Both the position numbers and the translations under genes were made by a program. The notes below the pieces were generated by a model. It saw only the letters and a program-made list of their open reading frames with translations, was not told the DNA's origin and did no database searches. Of a stretch of 64,000 nt of DNA, positions 25,548 to 39,714 are shown in pieces. This stretch comes from Toensbergia leucococca (taxonomy: Eukaryota): NCBI GenBank assembly GCA_022813965.1, contig JALDZS010000036.1, positions 1-64,000 on the forward strand, read 5' to 3'. How positions within the stretch are numbered: position 1 is the first letter of the stretch; every line of letters begins with the position of its first letter.

Positions 25548-26370
25548 GGAAGCAAAGAAAGAGATAGCCTAGAGCTGGTTACAAGTGTTTTCTCAACCCT
25601 TACTTCATATTCTTACTCTTTTTGCTTTGTGCCGCCACCCACGAGAGTGTATCGATCTTTGGCCTCTCAAATTAAGACCGCTTTGTTCAGAACACATTTT
25701 AAAAACGTAAAAACGGTTCAATGCAATACGCAAAGGGGCGAGCAACTAATACTGCTTCTGCGTCTCCTTCTCAAATTCTGCTCCGGCACATAGTTGTGCC
25801 TCTTATCGGCCCGTCCTGCAAGAGATGGTGCAACTTACTCCTCTCTAGCAATCGTGTGCACTCTGCGGTCAACAAATGAAGTAGCGAGATTGACCCTATT
25901 GGCAAAACGACGATGCCCCGTTGGTATGTCCTGCACGAGTCTTGGATCGCGTCATCTAATTCCTTTCAAATTTTGCCTCCTCCACTATATCTTGGGAGTA
26001 CTCAAACGCAGCAGCACCCTCCATGTTGCAATCGGTCGATTGATGCTTGGTACAACAACATGGCTTGATTACCTTACACCGTCTACCACAAACGTTCCAT
26101 GATTAGGCTTGTCAAGATGACAAAAGTGTCCAGGGCTAAGCGAAAGCGAGATGGTACATGATAACCTCTGGAGGAGAAGGAAAGAACTAGCATTTAGCGA
26201 GGAAGATAAACTATGAATGGCACAAACGGCCCTTTTGTCAAATGATCAGATGAACGAGAGGGGAGGTGAAGTAGGTAGGTAGGCAAGTATACTGCGTGAC
26301 TCATACTACTGGAGTATCTTATGGTTTCTGCTACACTGCTAAATTACAAAGTGAGCACATTAAACATCTA

Positions 26371-29300
26371 CTATTTGAGCCAAAGTCTCTTGAGTAACTT
26401 GAAGTGTATAACTGTTCTTGTTCTTGGAGGCTTGAAAATCCTGAGCAAGAAACCGTTGAGCTGTCTCTTCCTACACTGTATCTTAGTATCTTTCTCTATT
26501 TCACATAGCACATCACTCACAGCGACCTCGAGATCCTTTCTTTCCTGTTCTGACATGGTAGCACATGCGGCTACTAGATCCTCTCCTTGAGCACTCAAGA
26601 GTACGAGCTCATCTGCTCTATCCACAATCGCCGATTCTATACCATTCATGGCTGCACAACTAGAACACAGAAATTAGGGCTGAACCGAAAACAGCAGAAA
26701 GGGCGTAGCCACCAGTTCCCAAAACTAGAGGTACTTCGACCAGGCTGAAAGCTATAGAGGGATTCAGTAAAGACATTTGCGTAGAGCTAATATTCCTACT
26801 TGTAAAGATAGGTTATCTGACTCTCCACATCTTCGGCTTCCATATCAACCCTCACCTCCATGTGTCCAAATGCCAACGAAGGGCGAGGCTCCAAATATCC
26901 GTTTTCGAATATTTCGTGGAAATGAGTAGCGCCTACGACTTTGGGCCTTTCGTCTCCAAGACCGAGGAAATGCTCGAAAAGACCACAAGCTAGTCCGGCA
27001 CCATCTGTGGACTGCGTCAGTACAAGACTGTTGGCTTTCCCTAATTAAAAGCTACCACTCGACTCGGTCCCCTTTCCGAATTCATCAATGATGATCAAAC
27101 TCCTGCGAGTTGCCAGTTCCATTGCAAGAGCAACCTGTTGTAGATCAATCATGAATGCACTCTGCTCTCTTGAGACCGTCTCTCGAGTTGTGATACGTGT
27201 CAAAATCTTGTCAGTGAGTCCAACTGTTGCCGTACTAGCCGGGACGAAACATCCAACATGGGCTAGGTACACGATCAAAGCTACCTGCTTAAGGTAGACG
27301 CTTTTGCCAGAGTAGTTAGGCCCCGTGACCATCAACATACTGGGTCCTTGAATACCATCAGAGACCAATGCTGTCTGTGGACTCATCACCGGGGTTTGAT
27401 TGAGCATATCCTCACTTTGAGACGGCGTAAAGTTCCCGGGCCCTCCGGCAAGGAATGTGTCGTTAGCGACACAAGAAGGAACAGTGAGCTCTTGTAATAG
27501 GTGTCTAAACCCACTCAGACTTCTTCGATCCAAAAGAAATTGTCTTTTGCTTACCGTCCGCCTCTGATACGGATGATATTTTCTCTCGTCATATGTGGCC
27601 GCACAAGCTTATACATTGAAGCCCCTTGGGCCAATGCAAGAAGACTAGAAGCTGCCAGTCAGCCTATGTGCCTGCTTTCTAGATAGGATTCGTACGCATC
27701 TAGTTCTCCACATGTCTCGGATACGTTGGCAAGCATATCCTCATATTTCAAAATTTCTTGCCCAAGCTCGTGAACGATCTCTATCTCCTTATCTGTGTGT
27801 AGGTGGTCACATGTGATTTCGAATTGCCTTAGATGAACGCCAACTTACCACATATGAGGGCATACATATCTCCAAGTGTTTCATCCAGCTCTCGCATTCG
27901 AAAATCTTTATAATATACCCTGGATCCAGTGGAGAATATGTGCTCCCAACGTTGGTCTTCAGCTTCACCTCCTTCGTAGTGCCCTTGACCTGTGTTTGGA
28001 TCACTTGGCATGGAAATTAAGAAGCCAATCTGTGGGAAGAAGATCACATTGAGATCAAGACTGTGTTGAACAGGGACTGTGGCGGCAATGTTCTGCGAAG
28101 TTTGGTTCAGCAGGTCCTCAATGCCATCATAAGTCTGCTTCATGGCATCTAGCTCGTCATCAACGCCAGGATTCACTATGGTACGATGCATCTCAGCAGA
28201 TGCTGGAAAGTCGATCTATGCTCATTATGTCAACTTATTGGTGCATTGACATGAGCAAACCACATGATTGTGAGCTTACTATCTCGCTAACAATCCTGCC
28301 AATAGTCGCAAGCTCGCGTCCTTGAAACGTCTCAAGGACCTGGAGAGGGGGTCAGTAGCGATTCCAAAAAGAATGGTTAAGGAATGTCCACCTTGACTTT
28401 TATTGCGAGATTCTCAGCGTCTATGACCTCGTTGATAGCATCTCGTATGTGCAGAGTATAAAAGGCAAACTGTAACTAGAATAAGTATGAAAGCATTTAG
28501 GTTCTAAGAGACATTAAATTTTACAGAACGGAGGCTGGACCAAATACCGCTTTTGATGCCTCCTGCTTTGCCAACTCGATTACTGATGCCTTTTTGCAGG
28601 TGAATTATCACAGTCTTCATATTCTTAATCTGTTTCAAGCTTTTCACTATGGTATTTAACGGAACACTATTATCTGGCCGAAGAAAAACACCAGCCGTGT
28701 CGAGTCTCTCATTGATCACGTTCAGGTCTTGACTCGGGCGAAGGAAATACTGGCGAAGAAGGTACTTGCCCTGCGCTGTTCGTGCCAAATGATGAAAGAG
28801 ACCGTGTACCGATAGTCCCTCCTTCGAACGGGAGGAATTCGTGGTAGGCCCTTGATTGTGAAAGTGCGGGTGAGATTCGGACTGTAGTATCTGTAGAGAG
28901 GCTAGTGTATCTGCGTTCACGAACCTGGGATCGACTTCAACATCCCTTTCTCTTGATCCGCGGATTAATAAGCTTCCACTCACATCATGCCATCAAGGCT
29001 GAACATTTCCACCGTCGAAGTTCGAAATGCGTTGCTGGCGCTTATATCACCGGGTATATATTCAACTGCCTTTCTTCGTTGAATATATGTCAGCACTGCC
29101 CCAGCACATCCAATCGTAAGGTGACTCTCCATGTCAATTCGTCCAGAGAGCCGTATCATTTTGCCTTGTCGATCAGTAAACCCAGGTTCGTTACCATCAC
29201 CATATTCATCATAAGAATCTGCGTCGCCTGGGGTGAGAAAAGCTACCTGATTAGTAGCATCAGAGTCAATGAGAACGCCGAGCAGCTTGCTTTTCCCGCC

Positions 29301-30038
29301 TTCGTAGCTAAATTCCGGAGATGGTCGAATCTCGAGGATATATGGTAATCGAAATTGGTCCACTGCAGAAAGAATCACGAGAGAAATTGAATCAATGGCA
29401 AAGCAGGAGGACGTACTATCTCTATTGCGTGATCCCCTACTAGCACCCTCTGGATCGAAATGAGCATCTACACTTTCATCCACGCGTGTGGATAGCAGGA
29501 TGACCGTGGGTTGGACATGTAATTTTACTGAGTTTATCTTAGCATATAGACGTAGCTTAGCGGAAACGGTTGGAGCGCTCCTACACGTGTTGATGACCTC
29601 AAGTCCACCGCTTTGGATGTCCTCCATCAGGTAGAGCTTTGCTTGCCTTGCAACATAGTAGCAACACCCTACGGTACCTCTGTTCCTCAGATCTACGGCC
29701 ATGATCACTTCGTTGAGTGAGTCGTTTTCCTCGCGTTCTTCCACAACGGCATCATCCTCGGGGAGCAAAATCTCATCTGTTGATACTGCGGATCCCGGCG
29801 GCGGAAGTGGAGCCAACGGACTAGTACGAGTAGGTTGCGCTATCGAGGATCCGGACTTGATCGGCGGATGTATACTAACTCGTTTTTTGGGTTGCCATTG
29901 AGAGTATTCGGTTGACCGAACACGAAAAATTGGGGATGAGCGGACGAAAGAGGATGAGGCGGGGCTATTGCTGTGACTGACAATCGGGGTTGTGGTTGAA
30001 GAACCTCGACGGCGCTTTGAAGGCACCTTGAATGCCAT
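26371..30038 (-). CDS. MSH5: Meiotic MutS homolog MSH5, multi-exon
   Basis: VTGPNYSGKSVYLKQVALIVYLAHVGCFVPA, SAFMIDLQQVALA, LIIIDEFGKGT, ADTLASLQILQSESHP, LNVIFFPQIGFLI and CAAMNGI. Confidence 0.93.
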
Positions 30039-30334
30039 TACTGGAAATGGGCATTCACTTGGCCAGAGGATTGCAGCTTCCAGGCATGTGGTGGATTAAC
30101 AAGAAAAGTGATTTAGCCGAGTGAGTAATTTTTGCAAACACGGCACTCAAAAGATCATCTGCACGCATGACTGAATTACTGTGAAGTCTTGCTTTCCTAC
30201 CCCAAGACACGTCTTCAAACCACTGATTTGAATAATATACAGGACTTTTCAAGGTATATGAGCAGAGATTACCTACCATCCTAACTCCACTGGATGCATT
30301 CTGTCGTCAAACATGATGCTGTACCTTTGATGTT

Positions 30335-32781
30335 TCAGGTCATCCCTTCACCCATAGAGGTTACTTTCAAACCATCTCTGGACTTATTCAGGAGCACCCT
30401 AGCTTCTTGGCCACCTCGAATCTGTCCCCGGATGATCTTGTCGGCAAGCCTGTTTCCGATCTCCTTGGATATTAGTCGGTTCAATGGTCTAGCCCCGTAT
30501 CTTGGGTCAAAACCTTTCTCGCAAAGCCAGCCTTTGACGTCGTCATCTACCATCAAGGCGATGCGTCGGTCGTCAAGTCGCCCTTGCAGCTCTTTCAGTC
30601 GAATATCCACTATATCCCTTAGTGCAGCGCGTGAAAGTCGGCGGAATACGATGAATTCATCGATGCGATTTAGGAATTCTGGGGGATATGAAGCACGCAC
30701 GACATCCATAACCGCGGATTTTGTTTCAGGAGTCATCTCCTTATCAAAATTCTCTCTGTTTGTAGGCATAGGATCCGCACCCACAAGCAGATCAGCACCG
30801 AGGTTGGACGTTAATACAATCAGTGTGTTTCGAAAGTCGATCCTGTGGCCTCGCGCATCTGTAAGGAAACCCTCGTCCAGGACTTGTAAGAGTAACGATG
30901 AGATGTCGCGATGAGCTTTTTCAAATTCGTCGAAGAGCAAGACAGCGTATGGCTTCCTGCGCACAGCCTCGGTGAGCTGTCCGGCATCTTCGTAACCCAC
31001 GTATCCAGCTGGACTGCCGATGAGCCTTGAGACTGTTTGCTTTTCCTGGAATTCGCTCATGTCGAATCTGACCACAGCAGTCTCTGTTGAGAATAGAAAA
31101 TTCGCCATCTTTTTGCATAATTCTGTCTTTCCAACGCCTGTTGGGCCCAGGAACATGAATGATGCCAACGGTCGGTTTTCCCCATTTAGTCCTGCACGTT
31201 GCATACGCACGGCATTTGCAACCGCAGTCAAAGCCTCATCCTGACCTCGAACAGACTGGCGCAATGAGTCTTCCATTAGTACAAGCCTCTCGACTTCGCC
31301 GGCCAGAAGCTTAGTGACCGGTATTCCAGTCGTACGCGATACCACGTCTGCGATGTCATCTGCAGTGACCGAGTCATGTATCAGGGTCTCTCCGTTCGTC
31401 CCTGTCATGGAAACCTCGGAGCCTTCCCGTGGTAGTTGATCTTGAAGCTTGGGGATGGTGTCATATCTCAGTTCTCCCGCTTTCCCGTAGTTCCCCTTAC
31501 GCTGCGCCTGGTCGAGCTCAATTCGTGCCTTTTCAAGGTCTTCTTTAACAGTCTTGATAGCCTCTATCTCCGCTCTCTCTTTGTCCCAGAGAGCATTTAG
31601 CTCCGCGGCTTCGTTTTGCTTCAACTCAAGTGATTTGTTCAATTTCTCTTTGCGCTCTAGGCTAAGTACATCAGCTTCCTTTCTTAGTGACTCCAGCTCG
31701 ATTTGTATAGTCATAATTTGACGATCTAAATCCTGGATAGCATCAGGTTTGCTTTCCTGCTGTAGCCTCAAAGCAGACGCAGCCTCGTCAACCAAATCAA
31801 TAGCTTTGTCCGGCAAGAAACGATCTGTGATGTATCGATTGCTGTAAGTAGCGGCTGCTACAAGCGCACCGTCTGTGATTCGCACACCGTGGTGGACTTC
31901 GTATCGTTCTTTGATGCCCCGCAGAATAGACACCGTATCTTGTACAGATGGCTCGCCCACCTGAATTGGTTGGAATCTTCGAGCAAGAGCAACATCTTTC
32001 TCTATTAGGCGGTATTCATTCAGGGTTGTCGCGCCGCAGCATTGTAGTTCGCCGCGAGACAGCGCCGGTTTCAACAAGTTACTGGCGTCGATGCTTCCTT
32101 CTGCTTTTCCAAGACCTAGTAGTGTATGTAATTCGTCAATGAACAGGATCACTCCACCGTGGGCATCTTCCACTTCTTTAAGGACAGATTTTAATCGCTC
32201 CTCGAAGTCACCCCTAAATTTTGCCCCAGCTATGAGCTGCCCAAGGTCTAGAGATATCACTCGTTTGTCCTTCATGCTCTCCGGTACATCTCCCCGGACG
32301 ATGCGTTGCGCCAAACCTTCCAAGATAGCCGTCTTCCCTGTACCTGCAGCTCCAATAAGTACGGGATTGTTCTTCGTCCTTCGCGAGAGGATTTGTATAG
32401 TGCGATGCTTGGATAACGCATGGATTAGCCCAGCAAGAATCTACCTGGAATGTCTAAACTTACAATTTCGGCATCTCGACCAATGACAGGATCTAGTTTT
32501 CCGCCTTTTGCCCGTGCCGTTAAATCCACTCCATATTGTTCTAAGGCTAGTTTCTCGGGCTCTCCGCCTAGATTCATACGGTGAGTTCCACCCGGCGGAT
32601 GCGGTCTCCCATTTGCATAATGGCGTGAAGCTGTGCAATGTTGAAGGCTGAGGAACGAAGGTTTTGCTATGAGTGAGGAGCATCTAAAAAGTGACTTTGG
32701 CGTAAGGCCTTGAAATGCTCGAGGAGCGCGTCCATGTATAGACAAGCTCCTTTGCACAAGATGAACTTTGGAAGCTATCAT
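30335..32781 (-). CDS. HSP78: Mitochondrial ClpB-family disaggregase Hsp78
   Basis: Presequence followed directly by [27 protein letters not shown] with no ClpB N-domain; two AAA+ modules ([31 protein letters not shown]); one intron at ~32409-32463. Confidence 0.95.
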
Positions 32782-33133
32782 AATGATTTGAGAGCGACGG
32801 GTGTGAAACAGATGGAGAGTTTGTTGCACCAAAGAAGAGCCTTGTCCCTCGGTATTCCTGGGCATCCAAGGCCATTTTGATAAAACCTGGACTGTATCAT
32901 TATCATGAGTATTCGAGATAATACTGGAACATTCTCCTCTAGGTACGGAGTAGGGCTTTCTGTGAACCGACGAGCCATCCTAGTTGGGCCTAGTGTGTGA
33001 CACACTCTACCTATCTATGCGCCGAAGGAGATCAAAAAATTTACTTAGCTTTGATTCTTGAATTCATCCGCGACCCTCGACCCGAAGTCTCTTACTACCC
33101 TACCTTACTCAACAGAATAGCCCATACCTCACA

Positions 33134-34233
33134 ATGGGTTTCGCTGATCTCGTTTCTGATGCTGGTCTAACCAGTAAGAAACCACGCCTTCATGCCTGTA
33201 GCTAAAGATATCTGACACGGCTTTAGTGCTCAACAGCTGGCTAATCACTCGAAGCTATGTCACAGGGTAGGCGCTTCTTTCCTATTTATCTAAGGAAAAC
33301 GAATACATACTCTCTGCTTTACTTCCCTGATGAGATTAATTTGGTCCGTGTTGATGAGGCGGCTTAAGACCCCGCCGTATGACTACTTCCAACAGCACCC
33401 TTGCGCACCTCTGAATTCCCAGCCGTCCACTTATTCTTGTTCCCTTCATATACAATGCTATAAATTCAGATGGAAACTCACATTACCAAAGCTACGGTCC
33501 TTCCCAAGCAGACGTCGCCTCCTTCAAAGCCATCAAGAAACAACCCGACCCTGCCAAATATCCCCATACCTATCGTTGGTATAAGCATATCTCAACCTAC
33601 GAGCAGGAATTTTCATCTCTCCCTGGCGACCCCTCCAAGGCGTATACTACATACGGCCCCGAAAAGACAGAGGCGACCCTCAATCCGAAGGACGCGCCTA
33701 AAGATGCCGATGAAAACGAGGAAGAGGAAGAGGATGACTTGTTTGGAAGCGATGACGAAGAAGAAGATCCCGAGGCGGTGAGGATCAGAGAGGAGAATTT
33801 GGCCGCTTACAAAAAGAAGAAGGAGGGAAAGACGAAGCCCGCGGCAAAGAGCATTGTCACGTTAGATGTCAAACCTTGGGGTAAAGCGTTCCTCGTGATT
33901 CTCGATGATTGTATGGTAACCGGTTTTGGATTCTAGATGACGAGACTGACATGAAAGACCTTGAAACCAACATGCGCGCCATTGAAATGGACGGCCTTAC
34001 TTGGGGTGCTTCGACGCTCGTAGCAGTTGGTTTTGGAATTAAGAAATTGCAGGTCACCTTGGTTGTGGAGGACGAAAAAGTCTCAATCGATGATTTGCAA
34101 CAGCAAATCGAGGGAGATGAGGATCATGTACAATCAACAGATGTGGTAAGTTACGATCATTTCTACGCGGAGAATTGCAAGACACAATGCTAAGTATCAT
34201 AACTCCTCCCAGGCGGCCATGCAGAAGCTCTAA
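33134..34233 (+). CDS. EFB1: Translation elongation factor 1-beta
   Basis: [12 protein letters not shown]..., [41 protein letters not shown] and VQSTDV|AAMQKL*; four GT-AG introns. Confidence 0.96.
33326..33417 (+). ncRNA. SNR18: Box C/D snoRNA U18/snR18 in EF-1beta intron 2
   Basis: C box TGATGA at 33328-33333; guide TTGGTCCGTGTT (33341-33352) complementary to LSU rRNA AACACGGACCAA; D'-like ATGA at 33354; D box CTGA at 33411-33414. Yeast snR18 is also hosted in an EFB1 intron. Confidence 0.88.
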
Positions 34234-37200
34234 AATGACACTCCAGGGGCAACGTGGTGTCTTGAGGATGTGAATCTCTATCGCAGCTCGTACTAGCACC
34301 ATTGGTTCTTGTATGTTGTCTGGGTGGAATCGCAATGACAGAATGATAGCAAGACAAATTATTCTTCTTAAGAAGCGAAATAATAGAGCATTTACACCTA
34401 CGGCTGTGGAGACTTGTCCAGGACGGCAACACTATAATGAATAAGTCTCTATTTAGGATTTTTCTTGAGTTTCTTATAGATTGAGTGATATGTCTCTGGA
34501 GTCATGATCGCCATCCTGAATTAATTGGAAGCTATTTGTGGTTGAGCGAGGCATGGCCAAACACAAATTCTTCCTTATTGTGATCTTGTATGATCGAGGG
34601 GGTTTAACGGTCTCTGTCAAAGCGCTGATTTTGACACAGTGACTGTACCCTTGTCGAACCTACATAGCTGACGGAGTGTTTCGACAACATCGCCGGCTGC
34701 CTCATTCCGTGTCCTGCTCTAAGCAGGCATTTTGACGAGCTACGAGAGGAGATGGATCACCAAATGTATCAAATGAAGGCGGACAGGATTGACAAACTTC
34801 TGGAATCCTTGCAAGTCCTGTTTCTAAAGCGATACTTTTCGTAGTCCGCTTTGCAGAGTTGGAAGCCATGATCACTAGAAGGTTCGACCTCAGTCTGAGG
34901 TTTGATAGGGTTCAGAGTGAGCTGTATTGGAAGACTGACGTTTCAATGGCAGCTAAGAGGCAGACTCGCGAAAATTATAGGGCATCTGAACGACCGCTGT
35001 CGACAGAAGTACCTGATTCAAGAGGGACCAGAGAGTATTTGAAATAATTATGGTATTCTTTTTTGTTGTCAATGAAATCACTTTTTTTTGGGCATCATAT
35101 GGATTTTATTTCCTACCGGAAAGGCGTTTAAAATTCATCGCAGGCATTTCCAGAACTCCTCTAGTCTCCTTTATGTATAACATATGTACCTTGCGGACAA
35201 TCATAGTATCTTCAATCCTGGTAAACATGTTGTGGTTGTGTGTTACACAAGCGGCAGGCTACTTCTTTGACGTCGCTGGTGTGCCGTGTCTTGGTACCAG
35301 ATACCGCTCTGAAAATCCGGGTGACGACTTCAAACTTGATGCCAATCTAAAGGGCCAAGAAGAAGAAATGAATCCACTATTTCAAGACAGCCGCTTTTAT
35401 ATTCTTCGATGTGTAAAGTAGTCGGGTTCTAGCGCGGAATGTGCAGTGGTGTATTGCCAACAGGATTAACAGCGATGATTTTGAAAGTGTCGATATTGGA
35501 GGCTGTACCAACCATAGCTCATGGAGCTTCGTCGGCGACAACGGGTGCTAGCCAGCGTTTGTCTGCCATTGGAGGAGAGATTTTAGTACTCGTTTGCAGG
35601 TATCTCATGAGGTCTTGGGAGCTTGGGCCAAACAAGTCGCGCTTGGACATCTCGGAGAACGTCGAGAATGTAGTAAAGCGGCTTTCAGAACACGACTGTT
35701 TATCTGCGTTTCAAATATCCGAGGGCCAGGATCGGCATTTGGACTAAGGGGACGACTGGGAATTCGGGATCCCCACGTGCCGGGACTGATACCACAAAAG
35801 CATCTTTGGCCGGGAAAGGTATGCTCTAAATCACACACTGGGAACGCGCAAACACCTGTTGGAGATAGGGCTATGTGCCGCATATTCGATTGGCTTTGCA
35901 AGGGAGAAGGATTCCTAAGGATTGTGAACGTGGCTCCCTTGAGTTGACGAAAGCGAATCAGCTCTTGAGGCCAATAATCAATATGTTATATGTTTGGCCA
36001 AGGCACGCTGCTAAGGAAGATACACTTAGCCGAGTGTGAGCTACAGACTGGTGGCTCAAAAGATGTATACGGATCGTGTTACATGGCTTGATTCCAGAAA
36101 GCGGACCAGACCCTGGTCCTGTCAGAGTGAGTTCCTGGGCTCATAACGAAGGGCCAATCCGATTATGGAATTCGATGAACACTTTGCATGGATCTGCATA
36201 TACAGATGGCAATGTTGCATGGTTTCAGATACAGGATGCAATTCTTGTCTTTCAATCTTGAGAGCCTAACATGCCCAGAAAATCAATGATGCCAAGTTTC
36301 ACGGGGGATCTGTTTCGAAATTTGATCGCCATCATCATCGGCCTGTAATTAGTCCTGGGGCGTGACAGAAGGTTACAAATAATTCAGACTCTGGAAGACT
36401 CGTTAATCACCGGGTCCGAGCTGAAGCGAACAAGGCCAGGCAAAAAGAACGTCAGATCAGCAGGGCAACTACAGCAGCAACGTGGAATAGCAATTAAGAT
36501 GCCAGAGCTTACCTTACTTATCTTGCATTTTGAATCAATGTCATTAGATAGAGTAACAAGATTTCTTCAGAAGGTACTTCATGATTGGAAGGAAGATTGT
36601 TCCAGAATATGCGCTGTTTTGGTGGCCCCCAAGTCGACATATGTGATAGGGTAGGCCTCGGAATAGACCCCAAACTTGCCAAATGTGTCCTCGCTATGGA
36701 GAGAAATCGGAATTGGAGTTTTGATAGGAGGGCTTGCAACTAGGGAAGTAGTGCTTGTGCTGTTTAATCACCCTGTTGGAATTGTACCTAATTGGATGTA
36801 CCTAGGCTGAGAGGCGATTGGATTGCTAATCTGCATTCGCTTGTTTGGTTGCCGAGATTGACGTCATCTCGCTTGTCCAGGATCAATTTTTAGACTCATT
36901 AATCAGCGCATTAAGATGATTAAGGGTGCATTAAACCTAAGGCTAATGCGACCACTGCCAGCCCTGCTACCGAAAGAGCAAATGGTGGGATCCGACTCCA
37001 CCTATGGTCAGTCAGCAAAGAGCGGTGTCACTGAAAGACGAGAATTTGGTCCATTTGACTCACCATGTTGAACCTCCAGCCGCACACCCTACAAGACACG
37101 ACATCGCCGAGCCATTGTCCCTATTTAGGCAATGGAAGCTGGAAGACTAGCACAAGGTGTTCCATCGGATAGACATGCCATTCGCACCCCAGATGCATTT

Positions 37201-38019
37201 ATCGTTTATGCCAGAACACCATCAGCTGATCATCTTAACACCACCGGTTCATGTTGAGCTATGCGCCGGGTGGTTGTACAGAAGGATGCAGCCATAGCGG
37301 CCTGGCGAAGATGGAGCGCATCCTGAAGATGGAATCATCTGTACTTGGTACGGCTGGCCCGCAACAACAGACGCTGCGTGGGACTATGTTTTGCGAACTA
37401 TAGCTACGGCCGACTAGACAACTGAGACTAGGAGAGGGAGATAATTATGGCGAGACAGCTACAGCCCTAAGGGAGAATTTAGAGCACGTCCTATTGTTAT
37501 CAGCATTGTCATTAATATTAGCTTGCTCAGGGTCTGAAGATTTAGACGTTTCTAAGTACGTAGTACGGCATGCTAAGGTACCTAGTGAGTACGAGCAGGT
37601 TGCCCTGCGCCTCAGTCGACACCGCCGTTTGAATGGTGCTACACCAATTAACCCCACAGCAACACTATCCGGATTTAGGACTTACAAATGATTCGAATCT
37701 TCTTCGAAGCCAATGATCCTTTCGGGATAAAGGTCCAGGAAACCCTAGACCTCATACGACACGCCGCACGGGGATGATTAATGAACGCACCGCAGGGCTG
37801 CACGCTCGTCCGCATTTTCCACGTGGTGCTGACAGGGGTACGGTCCCTTGGCATTATTCTTCTGCTCTGGCTGCCGGGCTCATGGATATTAAAGGCCACC
37901 AAGGCCCCCAGCTTGCTCATGTGGTACGAAGTTACACAGCCGAACTTGCTTTATTCAACAGTCCTCTCTGCTCTAGGTATCTACACCATCTTCTTCTACC
38001 ATTAGCTTTCATCAACATC

Positions 38020-39101
38020 ATGCAGAGACAAGATAGCTATCAGTATTCCTCGTCCGGCCTCCCTTCTCCAAAATACTCGACATCCAACAGTACCAGCAGT
38101 GCTTTCAGCGCCAGTGCCAATCCAAACGAAGATTGGACCAAGATATCCGATCTAGCTGAGAGGCGACGCATCCAGAATAGGATCGCTCAACGTAACTATC
38201 GTGAGTCTTTCCAGCTTGCCCTAGTTCTAGGACGTCAGTACTAATACTTTGAGCAGGCAAAAAAATAAAGAGACGCCTTGAGGACCTTGAGCGAAGAGCT
38301 GGATCATCATCGGCGTCCCCAGAGCAGTCATACGCCGAGCTAGTCCCGGTAGAGCAGACACGAACCCGAGACGAAGAGTCCATCAAGCGGCGCAAATCCA
38401 GGAACGGGTATTTTGGGCCGGCCCGAAGAAGCTCTCCAGAACCACAGTCAAGTCACTTCTTGCCAAGTAAAGAGGACCGATCTGGCATGTTTCTTCGCCA
38501 ATACACGAGACAGCTGTCTGCGTCTCCTCCTCCGGCATTCACCTACTCTTATCCGGTTCCCGAGCCAGGTATCCACACGCCATACCCGCAACATACTCCA
38601 TATCATAGTTTGCCTACTCCATATCCAGAGTTCACCGGCCAACCGCTGTATCTTCCACCACTGCCTACTACCCTCCCGAGTATGTCTTCTTGCGAGCCAG
38701 GCTCAGCAAAGCAAGATAGCTACTTCACCGACGAGGACATGCTAGGGTCGTTCGACATGAGTTACTCATCATTGACTGGCATGGAGATTCCAACATCGCA
38801 GTCCTATCAGGACCCAAATGCTCATGTAAATCGTCCCGATTTCTATTTCCACTTTCAATGAGCTTTCATTCTTGTGGTGCTACTTCCATACTAAATTCTC
38901 TGTTGTCGATATTTCCTTGGGTCAACGAAGATGAAAGATCATCACTGACAACGGGACTGCTAGACACCACCATTATCACATTCAGATTCATTTGAATACT
39001 CAAGGAATGGATCACCATCTGAGGCGTCAATCATTTTTCCCGGGACGCCCATCTCAATGCCTGATTCGCCTCGACTAGCTATTAGGAGACACCAACAATA
39101 A
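38020..39101 (+). CDS. Fungal bZIP transcription factor, 3 exons
   Basis: EDWTKISDLAERRRIQNRIAQRNYR|KKIKRRLEDLERRA followed by a Pro/Ser-rich tail; introns at ~38201-38256 and ~38827-38963. Confidence 0.88.
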
Positions 39102-39714
39102 GTCAAGTTCAGTATTTTGATCGCGGTGTTTGGAGGCGTTGTTGTATAGTTCAACACGAATGGTTGCTATTATAATCAATCGTGTGCTTTTGTCGTTCAT
39201 TGAGCGGTACTGCTCTGGGCTAGGACTTGCTGTAACTTTATAGCTCACTCGATATATTTGAGTCTATTAGAACCCAAAAATCACCACTAGCTTGGCAGCC
39301 TAAGATGAAGAATAATGACGCCGCCCCTTAATGCTCGTGTCCCTAGGTGTCTTTCGCAGTGTAAGTCCTTTTAAGGACTTTCGAGGAAGACTGTACATCG
39401 TATTATTGGCGGCGTCAAATTGAATCAAATTGAGGAAACATTTGCCATTCTTAGAGGTAGCGTAGATAAAATCGTACTCGCATGTTCTGGTCGCGGCTGG
39501 AGTGAGCTCTCATAAACATGAGGTAGGGTTTTGTTGTCTGGTGTTGTCGTAAAGTAGGTACCTACCCGTGCTACCGTACCTAGCGAGCCTAGGTAGTTCA
39601 TAGGATAGAATATTACATGTACGCTAAACTAGCTTGTTGTAAGTTATTGAATTTGAAGTCGAAGAATTTGAAATCTTCCGGCAATGTACCTCTATCATCC
39701 TTCTAAATCCGACT

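Noticed and set aside
25794..26102. ORF between the amylase and MSH5
   Set aside because: It has a non-ATG start and no recognisable motif; a minus-strand exon-like piece could not be built into a gene.
34859..36739. Several 60-120 aa ORFs upstream of the bZIP gene
   Set aside because: No recognisable domains or consistent splice model; a lineage-specific gene cannot be excluded without a search.
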